From assembly GCA_023261505.1 (NCBI GenBank), contig JAHFOV010000002.1:14136-78135 (forward strand): DNA of 64,000 bases, written 5' to 3'. The DNA comes from Planctomycetota bacterium (GTDB taxonomy: Bacteria > Planctomycetota > Brocadiia > Brocadiales > Bathyanammoxibiaceae). Below the pieces are notes generated by a model, which did no database searches, was not told the DNA's origin, and saw nothing but the letters and a program-made list of their open reading frames with translations. Positions 47,513-57,057 of this stretch are shown one piece after another (position 1 is the stretch's first letter; each line of letters opens with the position of its first letter). The position numbers were made by a program, and so were the translations under genes.

Positions 47513-48480
47513 AGGTACTAAAAGAAAAAGATATAGAAGCCACACTGAACCTCTTTTATGAGAGCATTGAGGAAATCCACCCTGCCCGCCCCAAGGAGGA
47601 CATGCAGCACTTCAAGGAAGGCTACACTGTTGCAAAACTTCGTAAAAGACTGTCCAATGAAAATTGTGTTTACCTGGTAGCCAAGGAGAAAGAAAAGGTC
47701 GTAGGGTACGTTTTTGCTTGGCTAACCGAAGGCGTGGGAGACATCCACTGGTTTGCCATTGACAAGAATTATAGAGGCAAGGGTTACGGTCACCAAATCC
47801 TGGAAAGAACCTTAAGGGAATTCCAGAGGAAAGGATGCCACGAGGGCAGGGTGTTTATCTACCCTCAAGATACCCCTGCCTATAGACTATTGGAACACCT
47901 GGGCTTCTTCCAGAAGGCCTACATAGAGGAGAAATTCTTTGGCATAGACCTTATCCTTATGGTAAAAGTCTTAGCCAAACCTCTCAGGCCGATAGTAAAA
48001 AGGATAATCCTGGCAGGAGAGGCTGGCCAGGGTATCAAGCTTATGGCTCAAGCCCTGGCTAACATACTGGCTAAGATGGGCAAGGAGGTCACCCTGAATG
48101 TCCTCTACGATGCCACAGTAAGGGGAGGAGAAATTACTGCCGAACTTATCTTCTCGGATGAAAAGATAGAGACACCTTTCTTTGAGAAGGCTGACCTATG
48201 CCTGGAGCTAGCCAAATCGTCCAAGAGAACCTTTGCTGCCGAGAGACACATCCTGGAGGCCTCTATCCTCGAAAGAGTGGCAGAAGAAAGGATACCATTT
48301 GAAAAAGAGGCCATTGAGAAATTCGGCAGCCCCATCTTCATAAATATGATTGCTCTTGGTAGGCTCCTCAGGGATATTGGCATTCCAATTGATAAAGTAG
48401 ACTTTCGTGCCACCCTCCCAGCAAGATTTCTTGAAGAAAACGTAAAGGCAATAAAGTATGGGTACACTTATCAGGATTAA
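47497..48480 (+). CDS. fusion protein: GNAT N-acetyltransferase domain plus OFOR gamma subunit
   Basis: N-terminal half has 'VGYVFAW...WFAIDKNYRGKGYGHQILERTL' (GNAT motif A). C-terminal half has 'IILAGEAGQGIKLMAQALA' (gamma subunit). Confidence 0.7.
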   Translation: MDFSVEVLKEKDIEATLNLFYESIEEIHPARPKEDMQHFKEGYTVAKLRKRLSNENCVYLVAKEKEKVVGYVFAWLTEGVGDIHWFAIDKNYRGKGYGHQILERTLREFQRKGCHEGRVFIYPQDTPAYRLLEHLGFFQKAYIEEKFFGIDLILMVKVLAKPLRPIVKRIILAGEAGQGIKLMAQALANILAKMGKEVTLNVLYDATVRGGEITAELIFSDEKIETPFFEKADLCLELAKSSKRTFAAERHILEASILERVAEERIPFEKEAIEKFGSPIFINMIALGRLLRDIGIPIDKVDFRATLPARFLEENVKAIKYGYTYQD

Positions 48481-48524
48481 ATCTCATCTGACTTGTGGCA
48501 AGGGTCTTCGCGGAGCTTATAAAA

Positions 48525-49367
48525 ATGCGCCAGATAGAGGCTAGCACCATAACCCAAACCGTAGAAAAACTTTGTATAGATGCTAACTATTTCCTGGGAC
48601 AGGATGTCATTGATGCCCTGGAAAGGTCTCTTAAGACAGAAGAATTCTGTATCGGCCAGCGAATCATAAGAGACATCCTTGAAAATGCCAGAATAGCCCG
48701 CGAGGAACTTGCTCCCTTATGTCAGGATACTGGTTTCACGGTGGTCTTCGTAGAATTAGGCCAAGAGGTAGAAATTGTAGATGGTAATTTGAAAGAGGCT
48801 ATTACCAAAGGTGTAAGTCAGGGATACACTAAAGGCTATCTAAGGGCCTCAATTGTTAAAGACCCTTTAAAACGTATTAATACAAAAGATAATACTCCGC
48901 CCTTTATTCATATAGATGCAATACAAGGAAAGCAATTAAAACTTACCATCATGTGTAAAGGTTCGGGCTGTGAAAATATGAGCCGCCACATCATGCTTAC
49001 CCCAGCCCAGGGAAGAAAAGAGATTGTAGATTTTGTGGTGGAAACCGTTGTAAGAGGAGGTGGCAGACCTTGTCCTCCGCTAATTGTGGGAGTGGGTTTG
49101 GGAGGCACCTTCGAGTATTCCGCCTATATGGCAAAGAAAAGCCTTCTCAGGCCTGTGAGTTCCCACCATCCTGAACCACATATTAAGGAACTGGAAGAGG
49201 AGCTCTTTGAAAAGGTGAATAACACTGGCTTGGGTCCGCAGGCATGGGGTGGCAGGGCTACCGCCCTTGCAGTTCACGTGGAGACCTGTCCCACCCATAT
49301 CGCCAGCCTCCCTGTCGCAGTAAATATTGAGTGCCACTCACATCGTGTAAAAACAGTAACTTTATGA
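48525..49367 (+). CDS. class I fumarate hydratase (or tartrate dehydratase) alpha subunit
   Basis: 'CQDTGFTVVFVELGQ' and 'VGVGLGGT'. ATG at 48525, with an alternative GTG at 48495. Confidence 0.8.
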   Translation: MRQIEASTITQTVEKLCIDANYFLGQDVIDALERSLKTEEFCIGQRIIRDILENARIAREELAPLCQDTGFTVVFVELGQEVEIVDGNLKEAITKGVSQGYTKGYLRASIVKDPLKRINTKDNTPPFIHIDAIQGKQLKLTIMCKGSGCENMSRHIMLTPAQGRKEIVDFVVETVVRGGGRPCPPLIVGVGLGGTFEYSAYMAKKSLLRPVSSHHPEPHIKELEEELFEKVNNTGLGPQAWGGRATALAVHVETCPTHIASLPVAVNIECHSHRVKTVTL

Positions 49368-49939
49368 TGGAAAAAAACATCGTGTCAGAAGAAATTATAC
49401 ATATAAAGGCACCATTAGATGAAAAAACAGTTTTGAGCCTCAGGGCAGGCCAATTGGTACTTTTTGATGGAATCTTTTATACTGCCAGAGACGCTAGCCA
49501 TAAGCTGCTGATAGAACTTATAGAACAAGGCAAGCCCCTCCCTTTTGACCTCCAGGGACAGGTCATATATTATGTGGGCCCTACCCCTGCTAGACCCGGC
49601 AGGGTAATAGGCTCTGCGGGACCTACTACCAGCTCCCGCATGGATTCCTTCATGGAGCCGCTTTTACAAAGAGGATTAAAGGGTACCATAGGTAAAGGGA
49701 ATCGTTCCCAGGAAGTCATTGACCTTTTGAAGAAATACAAGGCCGTGCACTTTTCCAACATTGGAGGTGCAGCGGCCCTTATTGCCAAAAGCATAAAAAA
49801 ATGTGAAATGGTCGCCTTTGAAGACCTTGGTACAGAGGCCATTTACAGAATGGAGGTAAAGGACTTCTTCGCTGTAGTTGCCTACGACACCACGGGTAAT
49901 GACTTGTATATGGAAGCCATTAAAAGATACGGTCGCTAA
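49364..49939 (+). CDS. class I fumarate hydratase beta subunit
   Basis: 'GPTPARPGRVIGSAGPTTSSRMD' and 'GKGNRS'. The ATGA overlap with the alpha stop sets the start at 49364. Confidence 0.8.
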   Translation: MMEKNIVSEEIIHIKAPLDEKTVLSLRAGQLVLFDGIFYTARDASHKLLIELIEQGKPLPFDLQGQVIYYVGPTPARPGRVIGSAGPTTSSRMDSFMEPLLQRGLKGTIGKGNRSQEVIDLLKKYKAVHFSNIGGAAALIAKSIKKCEMVAFEDLGTEAIYRMEVKDFFAVVAYDTTGNDLYMEAIKRYGR

Positions 49940-49942
49940 GGA

Positions 49943-51253
49943 ATGCCAAAAGGAAAGCTAAAGCTACTGTACATAGTCCTGGATGGCCTCTCAGACGGTC
50001 CTTATCGTCTAAAGGAACTGGGAAATAAAACACCCTTAGAAGCCGCCTACAAACCAAACATGGACAGTCTGGCGAGGGAGGGGCGTACGGGAATAATGCA
50101 TCCTATTGCCCCAGGGATTGCCCCTGAATCAGACGTCGCCGTAATCAGTATCCTGGGCTACGACCCTTATCGCTACTATACAGGCAGGGGTCCGCTGGAA
50201 TCCTTTGCTGCTGGCCTGGAGGTGAATCCAGGAGACCTGGCCATAAGGGCTAACTTCGCCACAAAGGGTCAAGGGAGAGAAATTATTGACCGACGTGCAG
50301 GTAGAAGCCTTTCCGCTGAAGAGGCAGAACAACTCTGTAAAGAAGTCAGTTCACAGCTAAAACTAGAATCTATCCCAGATTCCACCTTTCAACTCAAGCA
50401 TACTATAGGTCATAGGGCTTGTTTGGTTATTCGCACAAAGAAGGGATCCCTTTCTGGAGAGATAACCAACACTGACCCAGCATACAAGCGTGACGGCCCA
50501 GTAAGTATCCCGCAGGAAGGAGGCTTTGAAAATATCTACCAATATGTTGGGCCTCTGGAGGATTGCAAAGACCTTAAGGGCGCCACCATTGCTGCTCTCT
50601 TGACTAACGAGTTTGTCTTGAAAAGCTGCGAAATCTTAGATAAATCCCCCGTTAATCAAAAGAGGCGGGAGAAAGGCTTGCCCCAGGCCAACCTCATACT
50701 TCTAAGGGATGCTGGCGATAGACTACCTAAATTCCCAGATATGAAGAGCAAGTTCGGCCTTAGAATGGCCTGCCTTGCCGATATGCCAGTCGAGAAAGGT
50801 ATTGCCTCCCTCACAGGGATGGAGACAATAGAACTGCCACCGCCTTCCTCTGACCTGCAACGAGACTATACCTTGCGTGCAGAAAAGACCCTTGAGGCAA
50901 TAAGAGATTTTGAGGGACTGTATATACATATTAAAGGCCCCGATATACCGGGTCACGATGGAGACAGCCAGGCTAAGAAGGTGGCCATTGAGGCCATTGA
51001 CCGCAACTTTCTCGGCCCAGTACTAGAGGGAATCGCACCTAAAGAAACCGTTATAGTCCTTACGGCAGACCATACCACCCCTTGCCAGCTCAAATCGCAC
51101 TCCCATGACCCTGTACCCGTAGTTTTATACGGTGGGAATATAAAGCCAGACACAGTGTTAGACTTTTCCGAGGAATCGTGCCAGAAGGGGAGCCTGGGAG
51201 AGTTCAAGGGGACTCAATTAATGCCACTTGTTGTGAAGTATCTAAAGGCCTGA
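49943..51253 (+). CDS. apgM: cofactor-independent phosphoglycerate mutase, archaeal type
   Basis: 'YIVLDGLSD', 'HIKGPDIPGHDGD' and 'LTADHTTPC' alkaline-phosphatase-superfamily motifs. Confidence 0.8.
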   Translation: MPKGKLKLLYIVLDGLSDGPYRLKELGNKTPLEAAYKPNMDSLAREGRTGIMHPIAPGIAPESDVAVISILGYDPYRYYTGRGPLESFAAGLEVNPGDLAIRANFATKGQGREIIDRRAGRSLSAEEAEQLCKEVSSQLKLESIPDSTFQLKHTIGHRACLVIRTKKGSLSGEITNTDPAYKRDGPVSIPQEGGFENIYQYVGPLEDCKDLKGATIAALLTNEFVLKSCEILDKSPVNQKRREKGLPQANLILLRDAGDRLPKFPDMKSKFGLRMACLADMPVEKGIASLTGMETIELPPPSSDLQRDYTLRAEKTLEAIRDFEGLYIHIKGPDIPGHDGDSQAKKVAIEAIDRNFLGPVLEGIAPKETVIVLTADHTTPCQLKSHSHDPVPVVLYGGNIKPDTVLDFSEESCQKGSLGEFKGTQLMPLVVKYLKA

Positions 51254-51255
51254 TT

Positions 51256-52179
51256 GTGGTTAGCCTGAAAAACAAGGACATCATCTCCATAAGGGACTTC
51301 ACCAAAGAGGAAATCCTTTACGCCTTGAACATGGCTATGGAAATGGAGGAACGTAGCTATCCCGAACTCCTCAAAGGAAAGGTACTGGCCACCCTTTTCT
51401 TTGAACCCTCTACCAGGACTCGCATGAGCTTTGAATCGGCAATGAAACTCCTCGGTGGGGAAGTAATAAGCTTCGCTGAACCCAGTGCTACCTCACTGGT
51501 CAAAGGGGAATCTCTCAAAGATGCAGTAAAAATAATAGAAGGATACTCTGATATAATTGTCATCCGACATTTTCTGGAAGGAGCCCCAAGGCTAACGGCC
51601 GATACTGTAAATATCCCTGTCATTAATGCGGGCGATGGGGCCAATCAGCATCCCACACAGACCTTCCTTGACCTTTACACTATTCTAAGGGCAAAGGGTT
51701 CTCTGGAAGGATTATCAGTGGGATTTCTTGGTGACCTTAAATATGGCCGCACCGTTCACTCCCTGGCTTATGCCCTTGCCCACTTCCCTTGCCAGATGTT
51801 GTTCATCTCCCCTCCCTCCTTGAGGATGCCTGCCTACCAGCTTGAGGAACTCAGGGAAAGGGGAGTCAAGTACTCAGAGCACAGCTCCTTTGAGGAGGTA
51901 TGTCATAGGCTGGACGTCCTTTACTGCACACGCATTCAGCAGGAGCGCTTTGCCGATCCCGTGGAGTACGAAAAGGTTAAAGGAACCTACCGGCTTAGTA
52001 AGAGCCTCGTAGAGGGATTAAAGGTAAAGCCTGATTTTAAGATACTGCACCCCCTGCCCAGGGTGGACGAGATGGATGAGAGCCTTGACGAGACCCCGTA
52101 TGCAGTATATTTTCAGCAGGCTAGGAGCGGAATCCCTGTCAGAAAGGCACTGCTTGCCGCAATACTGGGAGCAAAGTAA
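51256..52179 (+). CDS. pyrB: aspartate carbamoyltransferase catalytic subunit
   Basis: 'FFEPSTRTRMSFE', 'HPTQ' and 'HPLPRV'. GTG start 2 nt after the apgM stop. Confidence 0.85.
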   Translation: MVSLKNKDIISIRDFTKEEILYALNMAMEMEERSYPELLKGKVLATLFFEPSTRTRMSFESAMKLLGGEVISFAEPSATSLVKGESLKDAVKIIEGYSDIIVIRHFLEGAPRLTADTVNIPVINAGDGANQHPTQTFLDLYTILRAKGSLEGLSVGFLGDLKYGRTVHSLAYALAHFPCQMLFISPPSLRMPAYQLEELRERGVKYSEHSSFEEVCHRLDVLYCTRIQQERFADPVEYEKVKGTYRLSKSLVEGLKVKPDFKILHPLPRVDEMDESLDETPYAVYFQQARSGIPVRKALLAAILGAK

Positions 52180-52335
52180 TTATGAGACCTCTCCAAAACG
52201 TAAAATGTCATTGCGATGGGCGTGAGCCCCGAAGCAATCTCTTAACGTTCTTTAAAAGGGATTGCTTCGTCCGCCTAAAGCGTCCTCGCAATGACATATA
52301 CCCTTGGAGCGTTGTGGAGTCTCATTGTAATTATA
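52179..52335. repeat. family A palindromic repeat with extended outer inverted arms
   Basis: Core at 52207-52295. Outer arms 'taattatgagacctctccaaaacg' and 'cgttgtggagtctcattgtaatta' are also inverted. Confidence 0.75.
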
Positions 52336-52432
52336 GAGGAAGAAAAAGAATATAATATAATAGTCAAAATACAGAATATAGAATTCAAAATCCTGAATAC
52401 TGACTTCTGAATTCTGGGAGTTTATAAGGTAT

Positions 52433-52882
52433 ATGCGACAACTCCAGGTCTCCGCCATAAAAGACGGCACCGTTATAGACCATATAGATAGTAAGAGCAC
52501 CTTCAAGGTGGCCTCCATACTGAATATCCCTGCAGAAAGCCGGCTGATACTAGTAGGGATGAACCTATCCAGCCGTCAACTGGGCAAAAAGGGCATAATC
52601 AAGATAGAAGGCAAAGTCCTCAACCAGGAAGAGGCTAACAAAATAGCGCTCATAGCTCCCAATGCCACGCTGAATATCATAAAGAATTTTGAGGTAGTAG
52701 AAAAAAGACGGGTAAGCCTGCCCGAGGAACTTGTTGGCATCGTAAAATGCTTTAACCCCAACTGCATCTCCAACCACGAGCGCATCCAGACCCGCCTTAA
52801 GGTGGTAAAAAAAGCCCCCGTCCGCCTCCGCTGCCATTACTGCGAAAGGACTATGGAGGGGGAAGACATCGAACTATTATAA
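52433..52882 (+). CDS. pyrI: aspartate carbamoyltransferase regulatory subunit
   Basis: 'LQVSAIKDGTVIDHI' and the zinc domain 'CFNPNCISNHE...CHYCE'. Confidence 0.85.
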   Translation: MRQLQVSAIKDGTVIDHIDSKSTFKVASILNIPAESRLILVGMNLSSRQLGKKGIIKIEGKVLNQEEANKIALIAPNATLNIIKNFEVVEKRRVSLPEELVGIVKCFNPNCISNHERIQTRLKVVKKAPVRLRCHYCERTMEGEDIELL

Positions 52883-52883
52883 A

Positions 52884-53035
52884 AACGAATTACAAATTAA
52901 GTTGCTACTCACAAATGATTTAAAGACCTTTTATAATTCCCTTAGTTTCCTTTACGAAAGGGGGATTTGCACCTTTAATCCCCCTTTTCTAAAGAGGGAT
53001 ATAGGGGGACTATTTGTAATTTATGATTTGTTTTG
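52884..53035. repeat. composite family C arms enclosing family D hairpins
   Basis: 'aaaacgaattacaaatt...' and '...ctatttgtaatttatgatttgtttt' flank 'cctttacgaaagggggatttgcacctttaatccccttttctaaagaggg'. Confidence 0.65.
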
Positions 53036-53260
53036 TAGCTTCTCATAAAACAGCCTAAAACTTTCCGATTTCAGATGCCCCACTTTTTGCGCCACAGGGA
53101 GTGCTCCCTCTATCACTTTAACGCCTCTCTTATTTCGCCCTTTTTGTAAAGGGCCGCTGCAGGTTACTCTTAGGTCTCAACAAAATGCCAAGGCTGATCC
53201 TCTTTTTTGACAGGCAGTTGCAAGGGTTTAGTGTTACGAGTCCAGTACGCTGAATATTTT

Positions 53261-53325
53261 GTTATTCTGAGCAAAGCGAAGAATCTCTAAGAGAAAAATA
53301 GACCCTTTGCTGTGCTCAGGGTGAC
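53261..53325. repeat. family B palindromic repeat (GTxAxxCTGAGC..AGCGAAG / ..GCTCAGGGTGAC arms)
   Basis: 'gttattctgagcaaagcgaagaatctc...agaccctttgctgtgctcagggtgac'. Right-arm-only relatives occur at 1-42, 6615-6640 and 38088-38144. Confidence 0.7.
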
Positions 53326-53355
53326 AAGATTTAGTTCTAACCCTTCTATTGACCG

Positions 53356-55605
53356 TTGGCGGTGGTTCTGATACTATTGGGTGAGCAAGTCAAGGCGTGG
53401 CGTAAGAATAAAAGAGGGGTCCTTATCGTGCCAAAGGCAGTTGTGTCATGGCTTAGGCAAATTTACCGTGGCGAACTTTTGGCAGGTCCGCTGTGGTTGA
53501 CATTTGTCTTATGTCTCTTCCCTGTTACCAGCCTTCAGTTTAGTATTTCACCGTTGAAGGCAGAGGTAACCTCTCCACCCACTGCAGAGATTGAGAGATG
53601 GATACGACAGCTATATTCTCCGGATGTGACAATTCGTAGTTCGGCTGCTATCTCCCTCCTTTATACAGACCATCCAGCGGCCCTTGAGTCCCTGCTGAAT
53701 ATCTTGAAGAGTGCACCTCCCCCTGCCAGTATGCAGGTAGTGGATAAGACACAAGAAAAGGAGGTACTGATTTCCGTTATCAAGACCTTTGGTTTTAAGG
53801 GGGACGACAGAGCAGTAATACCTCTTATGGAACTCCTTCAGAGAGACGAGCCTGAGGTGAGAGAGGCGGCCTGTCAAAGTCTAGGGAGGCTCCGCACGCA
53901 CAGGGCAATAGAGCAGATGGCCGTTAAGCTCCAGGAGCCTAAATACACGGTGGTGGCGAAAGTGCTTCTTATAAAGGCCCTGGGGCAAACGAGGGATAAG
54001 GAGGCAGTGGAACCACTTCTGGCCCTCTTGGGGGCAAAGGAAGTGGCTGGACAACCACCGACGAAAGAACTTAGGGAGGCCGCACTTGAATCCCTTAGCC
54101 TTCTGGCCATGCAATCCTTTGGTACAAATATTGACAAGTGGCAAGCCTGGTGGAACCTCAACAAGGGGAAGTCCAGGGAGCAGTGGTTGGCAGATACAGT
54201 GGATAGGTTAGAAGAGGCTAATAAGGAGTTAAGGACTGAGAATGAATCCCTGAAAAAAGAAGTGGCTCAGAAGACCATTGCCTTGCTATCTGAGGCTGTA
54301 GAGCAAAAGAACATAAAGCCTCTATTAGAAGCCATGAAACAGGGGCATACAGATGTACGGCTTTTTGCTATCAAAGAGATTACTAAATTAGATGACTCCA
54401 GCGTAATTCCCGACCTAGTTGTCCTTCTGGCTGATAAAGAAAAGGACGTGCGTGCGTCGGCGGTTCAAGCCCTTGGGGAGATTGGTGATGAGAAGGCCAT
54501 AGATCCCTTACTAATTGCATTAAAGGATGAAGATGCTTTAGTAAGAGAAAAGGCCGCAAGGGCACTCGGGAAATTTCGTACTAGCTCAGTGGTGGATGCC
54601 TTAATAGATAGCCTAAAACATGATAGTACCTTTGTGTTAATAGCGGCTTGCGAGTCTCTTGGGCAGATGGGTAATAACAAGGCGGTAGATTCGCTAGCTG
54701 ACCTCTTGAGCAACGAGGATGCAAGGGTAAGAGAAAGTTCTGCTGTGGCCCTGGGTAGACTCAAAGACCAAAGGGCCGTTGCACCCCTTGTTGTCGCCTT
54801 GAATGATAAGGAAGAGAGGGTAAGATGGTATGCAGCCGATAGCCTGGGTAATCTAAGGGATGAACAGGCAGTAGAGCCTCTAGCAGGGTTGCTTTCTGAT
54901 AAGGTAGCTAGAGTCAGGGAGGCAGCGGCCGGGGCGCTTGGCAAGATTGGGAGCGAGAAGGCCTTTGAACCCTTACTAAAGGTGCTTACAGATCAGGATA
55001 AGAAAGTGGTGGAACAAGCCTCCGAGTCCTTGCTGGGCATAAAAATAGAGTCGTTCGATGCCCTCGGTAAACTTGCTGATGTCTTATATGATAACAAAGA
55101 TTACACGCGCGCCAGCCAGGTTCTGGAGAGGCGGCTTTCCCAGTTTTCTACTTCAGAAAATCATAAGGAAAGGCTCTGGGACAGCCGTCTCAAATTGGCC
55201 AGAATATACTACCTCCAGAAGGACTGGCAGAAGGCGATGACCCTATATGATGGACTTTCAGAATATGATAAGGCAGATATGGAGATAAAAGTGGAACTTG
55301 CCCAGTGCTTAAAGGAGATGAAGCAGTATGACCGCCTTTTGGAGCTTTACGGCCGATGGATGAAAGAACTACCAGAGCAATCAAGAGAATGGTGGAAAGG
55401 GAGAGTAGAGGTTTTGAACAGTCTTTTTGAACAGGGTAATTATACCAGGGTAGCAAAGATAGTAGACACTTTTTTGGTGGAAGACCCAGGACTAGGTGGT
55501 CCTGATTTCAAGGCCAAGTTCTTGGAGCTCGCTGAAAGGAGCATTCACAAAACTAACTCCACCAATACCCTTGGAAGTAAAGGCAAGGGGCTAGCAGTTC
55601 CCTAA
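53356..55605 (+). CDS. membrane-anchored HEAT-repeat (PBS-lyase type), coiled-coil and TPR-like protein
   Basis: Many 'D..VR..AA.ALG.(I/L)GD..A(V/I).PL' HEAT units, a central coiled coil and an N-terminal hydrophobic anchor. The start (TTG) is uncertain. Confidence 0.7.
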   Translation: MAVVLILLGEQVKAWRKNKRGVLIVPKAVVSWLRQIYRGELLAGPLWLTFVLCLFPVTSLQFSISPLKAEVTSPPTAEIERWIRQLYSPDVTIRSSAAISLLYTDHPAALESLLNILKSAPPPASMQVVDKTQEKEVLISVIKTFGFKGDDRAVIPLMELLQRDEPEVREAACQSLGRLRTHRAIEQMAVKLQEPKYTVVAKVLLIKALGQTRDKEAVEPLLALLGAKEVAGQPPTKELREAALESLSLLAMQSFGTNIDKWQAWWNLNKGKSREQWLADTVDRLEEANKELRTENESLKKEVAQKTIALLSEAVEQKNIKPLLEAMKQGHTDVRLFAIKEITKLDDSSVIPDLVVLLADKEKDVRASAVQALGEIGDEKAIDPLLIALKDEDALVREKAARALGKFRTSSVVDALIDSLKHDSTFVLIAACESLGQMGNNKAVDSLADLLSNEDARVRESSAVALGRLKDQRAVAPLVVALNDKEERVRWYAADSLGNLRDEQAVEPLAGLLSDKVARVREAAAGALGKIGSEKAFEPLLKVLTDQDKKVVEQASESLLGIKIESFDALGKLADVLYDNKDYTRASQVLERRLSQFSTSENHKERLWDSRLKLARIYYLQKDWQKAMTLYDGLSEYDKADMEIKVELAQCLKEMKQYDRLLELYGRWMKELPEQSREWWKGRVEVLNSLFEQGNYTRVAKIVDTFLVEDPGLGGPDFKAKFLELAERSIHKTNSTNTLGSKGKGLAVP

Positions 55606-55614
55606 TTTCTTATC

Positions 55615-56967
55615 ATGAAGATACTCATAGTAGGTGCAGGAGCTGTAGGGTTCAATCTGGCAAGACAACTTTCCAGTGAGGGGCACGATATTTCCCTTGT
55701 GGAAAAAGACCCTCAAATTGCGCGCAGGATAAATGAAAAACTGGATGTCCTTCTTGTGACCGGCAGTGGCAGTACTCCTAGTATGTTGGAGGCAGCCAGG
55801 ATAAAGGATGCAGAAATAGTTCTGGCAGTAACGGATAGCGACGAGGTAAATCTAAGCGTTTGTCTTCTGGCCCATTGGTATGGAGTGGAGAGGAAGATTG
55901 CAAGACTCAGAAACGAGGAATATACAAAGGAAGGTTCCTTTTTCAGGCAAAAACAATTCTTTATAGACCACATAATAAATCCAGATTTTATAACCGTGGA
56001 CTCGGTCCTAAAAGTGATAGAGACGCCTGGGGCCAACTATGTAGCAGACTTCGCCGAGGCTAACATCCTTTTCAGGGGATTTCACGTCCCCACCGATGCT
56101 CCTATGGTTGGCAGGAAGCTTCAAGAACTCAAAGAGGTTAGCTCTACAGACACATTTTTGATAGTTGCCATCCAGCGTAAAGATGAGATGTTCATCCCCA
56201 CAGGAGAGGCCCAGATAGAGGCAGAGGATAACATATTTGTATTGATAGCCAGGGCAGGCCTCCCTTTCTTTCTGCCCATGGTAAACCGAAGGGCGATGGA
56301 TACACAAAGAGTGATTATTTATGGTGCCAGCAGGGTAGGCTTACAATTAGCTCAGATATTGGAAAAGAAGGTTAAAATGGTAGTCCTGGTAGAACCAGAG
56401 GAAGAGAAGGCACAGCTAGCCGCTACCAGGCTTTCAGAGGCTACCATACTCCACGGTCAAGCCACAGAGACAGAGCTTCTTAAAGAGGTCACAACGGAGG
56501 CCGTGGACTTTTTTGTGGGGGCCGCAGAGGATGAGGAGTCTAACATCCTTGCTTGCCTCTTGGCCAAAAAGCAGTACGCTAGGAAAACAATAGTTATTAC
56601 TAAAGACCCTGACTACGTTCCCATCTTTGGCTCCATAGGGATGGACGTGGTGATCAATCCAAGGCTCTTTACTGTGAGTTCTATTCTACAGCACATAATC
56701 CGTGGCCCCATCCTCTCTATGGTAAAACTCTTTGACAGGAGTGAGGCTGAGGCAATAGAGATGGTGGTGGAAAAGGAATCAAAGATGGCAGATAAGGCCC
56801 TTAGGCAAATACACTTCCCTAAGGGTTCTATACTGGGAACTATCGTAAGAGAGGGGGAGATAATACTACCTCGTGGTGATTTTGTAGTGGCTCCCGGAGA
56901 TCGGGCAATAGTCTTCACCATGCCTCATGTCAGAGAAAAGGTTCAATCTCTTTTCACAAAGGGATAG
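55615..56967 (+). CDS. trkA: Trk K+ uptake system NAD-binding subunit
   Basis: Two RCK/TrkA-N units ('MKILIVGAGAVGFNLA', 'VIIYGASRVGLQLA'). Confidence 0.85.
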   Translation: MKILIVGAGAVGFNLARQLSSEGHDISLVEKDPQIARRINEKLDVLLVTGSGSTPSMLEAARIKDAEIVLAVTDSDEVNLSVCLLAHWYGVERKIARLRNEEYTKEGSFFRQKQFFIDHIINPDFITVDSVLKVIETPGANYVADFAEANILFRGFHVPTDAPMVGRKLQELKEVSSTDTFLIVAIQRKDEMFIPTGEAQIEAEDNIFVLIARAGLPFFLPMVNRRAMDTQRVIIYGASRVGLQLAQILEKKVKMVVLVEPEEEKAQLAATRLSEATILHGQATETELLKEVTTEAVDFFVGAAEDEESNILACLLAKKQYARKTIVITKDPDYVPIFGSIGMDVVINPRLFTVSSILQHIIRGPILSMVKLFDRSEAEAIEMVVEKESKMADKALRQIHFPKGSILGTIVREGEIILPRGDFVVAPGDRAIVFTMPHVREKVQSLFTKG

Positions 56968-57057
56968 TATTTTCTGATAGACTGAATGCGCCCTTTACCA
57001 ATTCCCTTCTCTTGCCAGCCTCTCATCAATAAGTTATAGGGCGGCAAGGTCTATAGG

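Noticed and set aside
54465-54944. A 159-aa minus-strand ORF lies inside the HEAT-repeat gene, and there are many similar 60-150-aa antisense ORFs inside confident genes, for example 1283-1651, 8141-8608, 12690-13127, 31381-31839 and 29161-29460.
   Set aside because: All lie antisense to or out of frame with ORFs that have strong family signatures. They have Ser/Arg/Pro/Leu-biased composition and lack RBS and start context.
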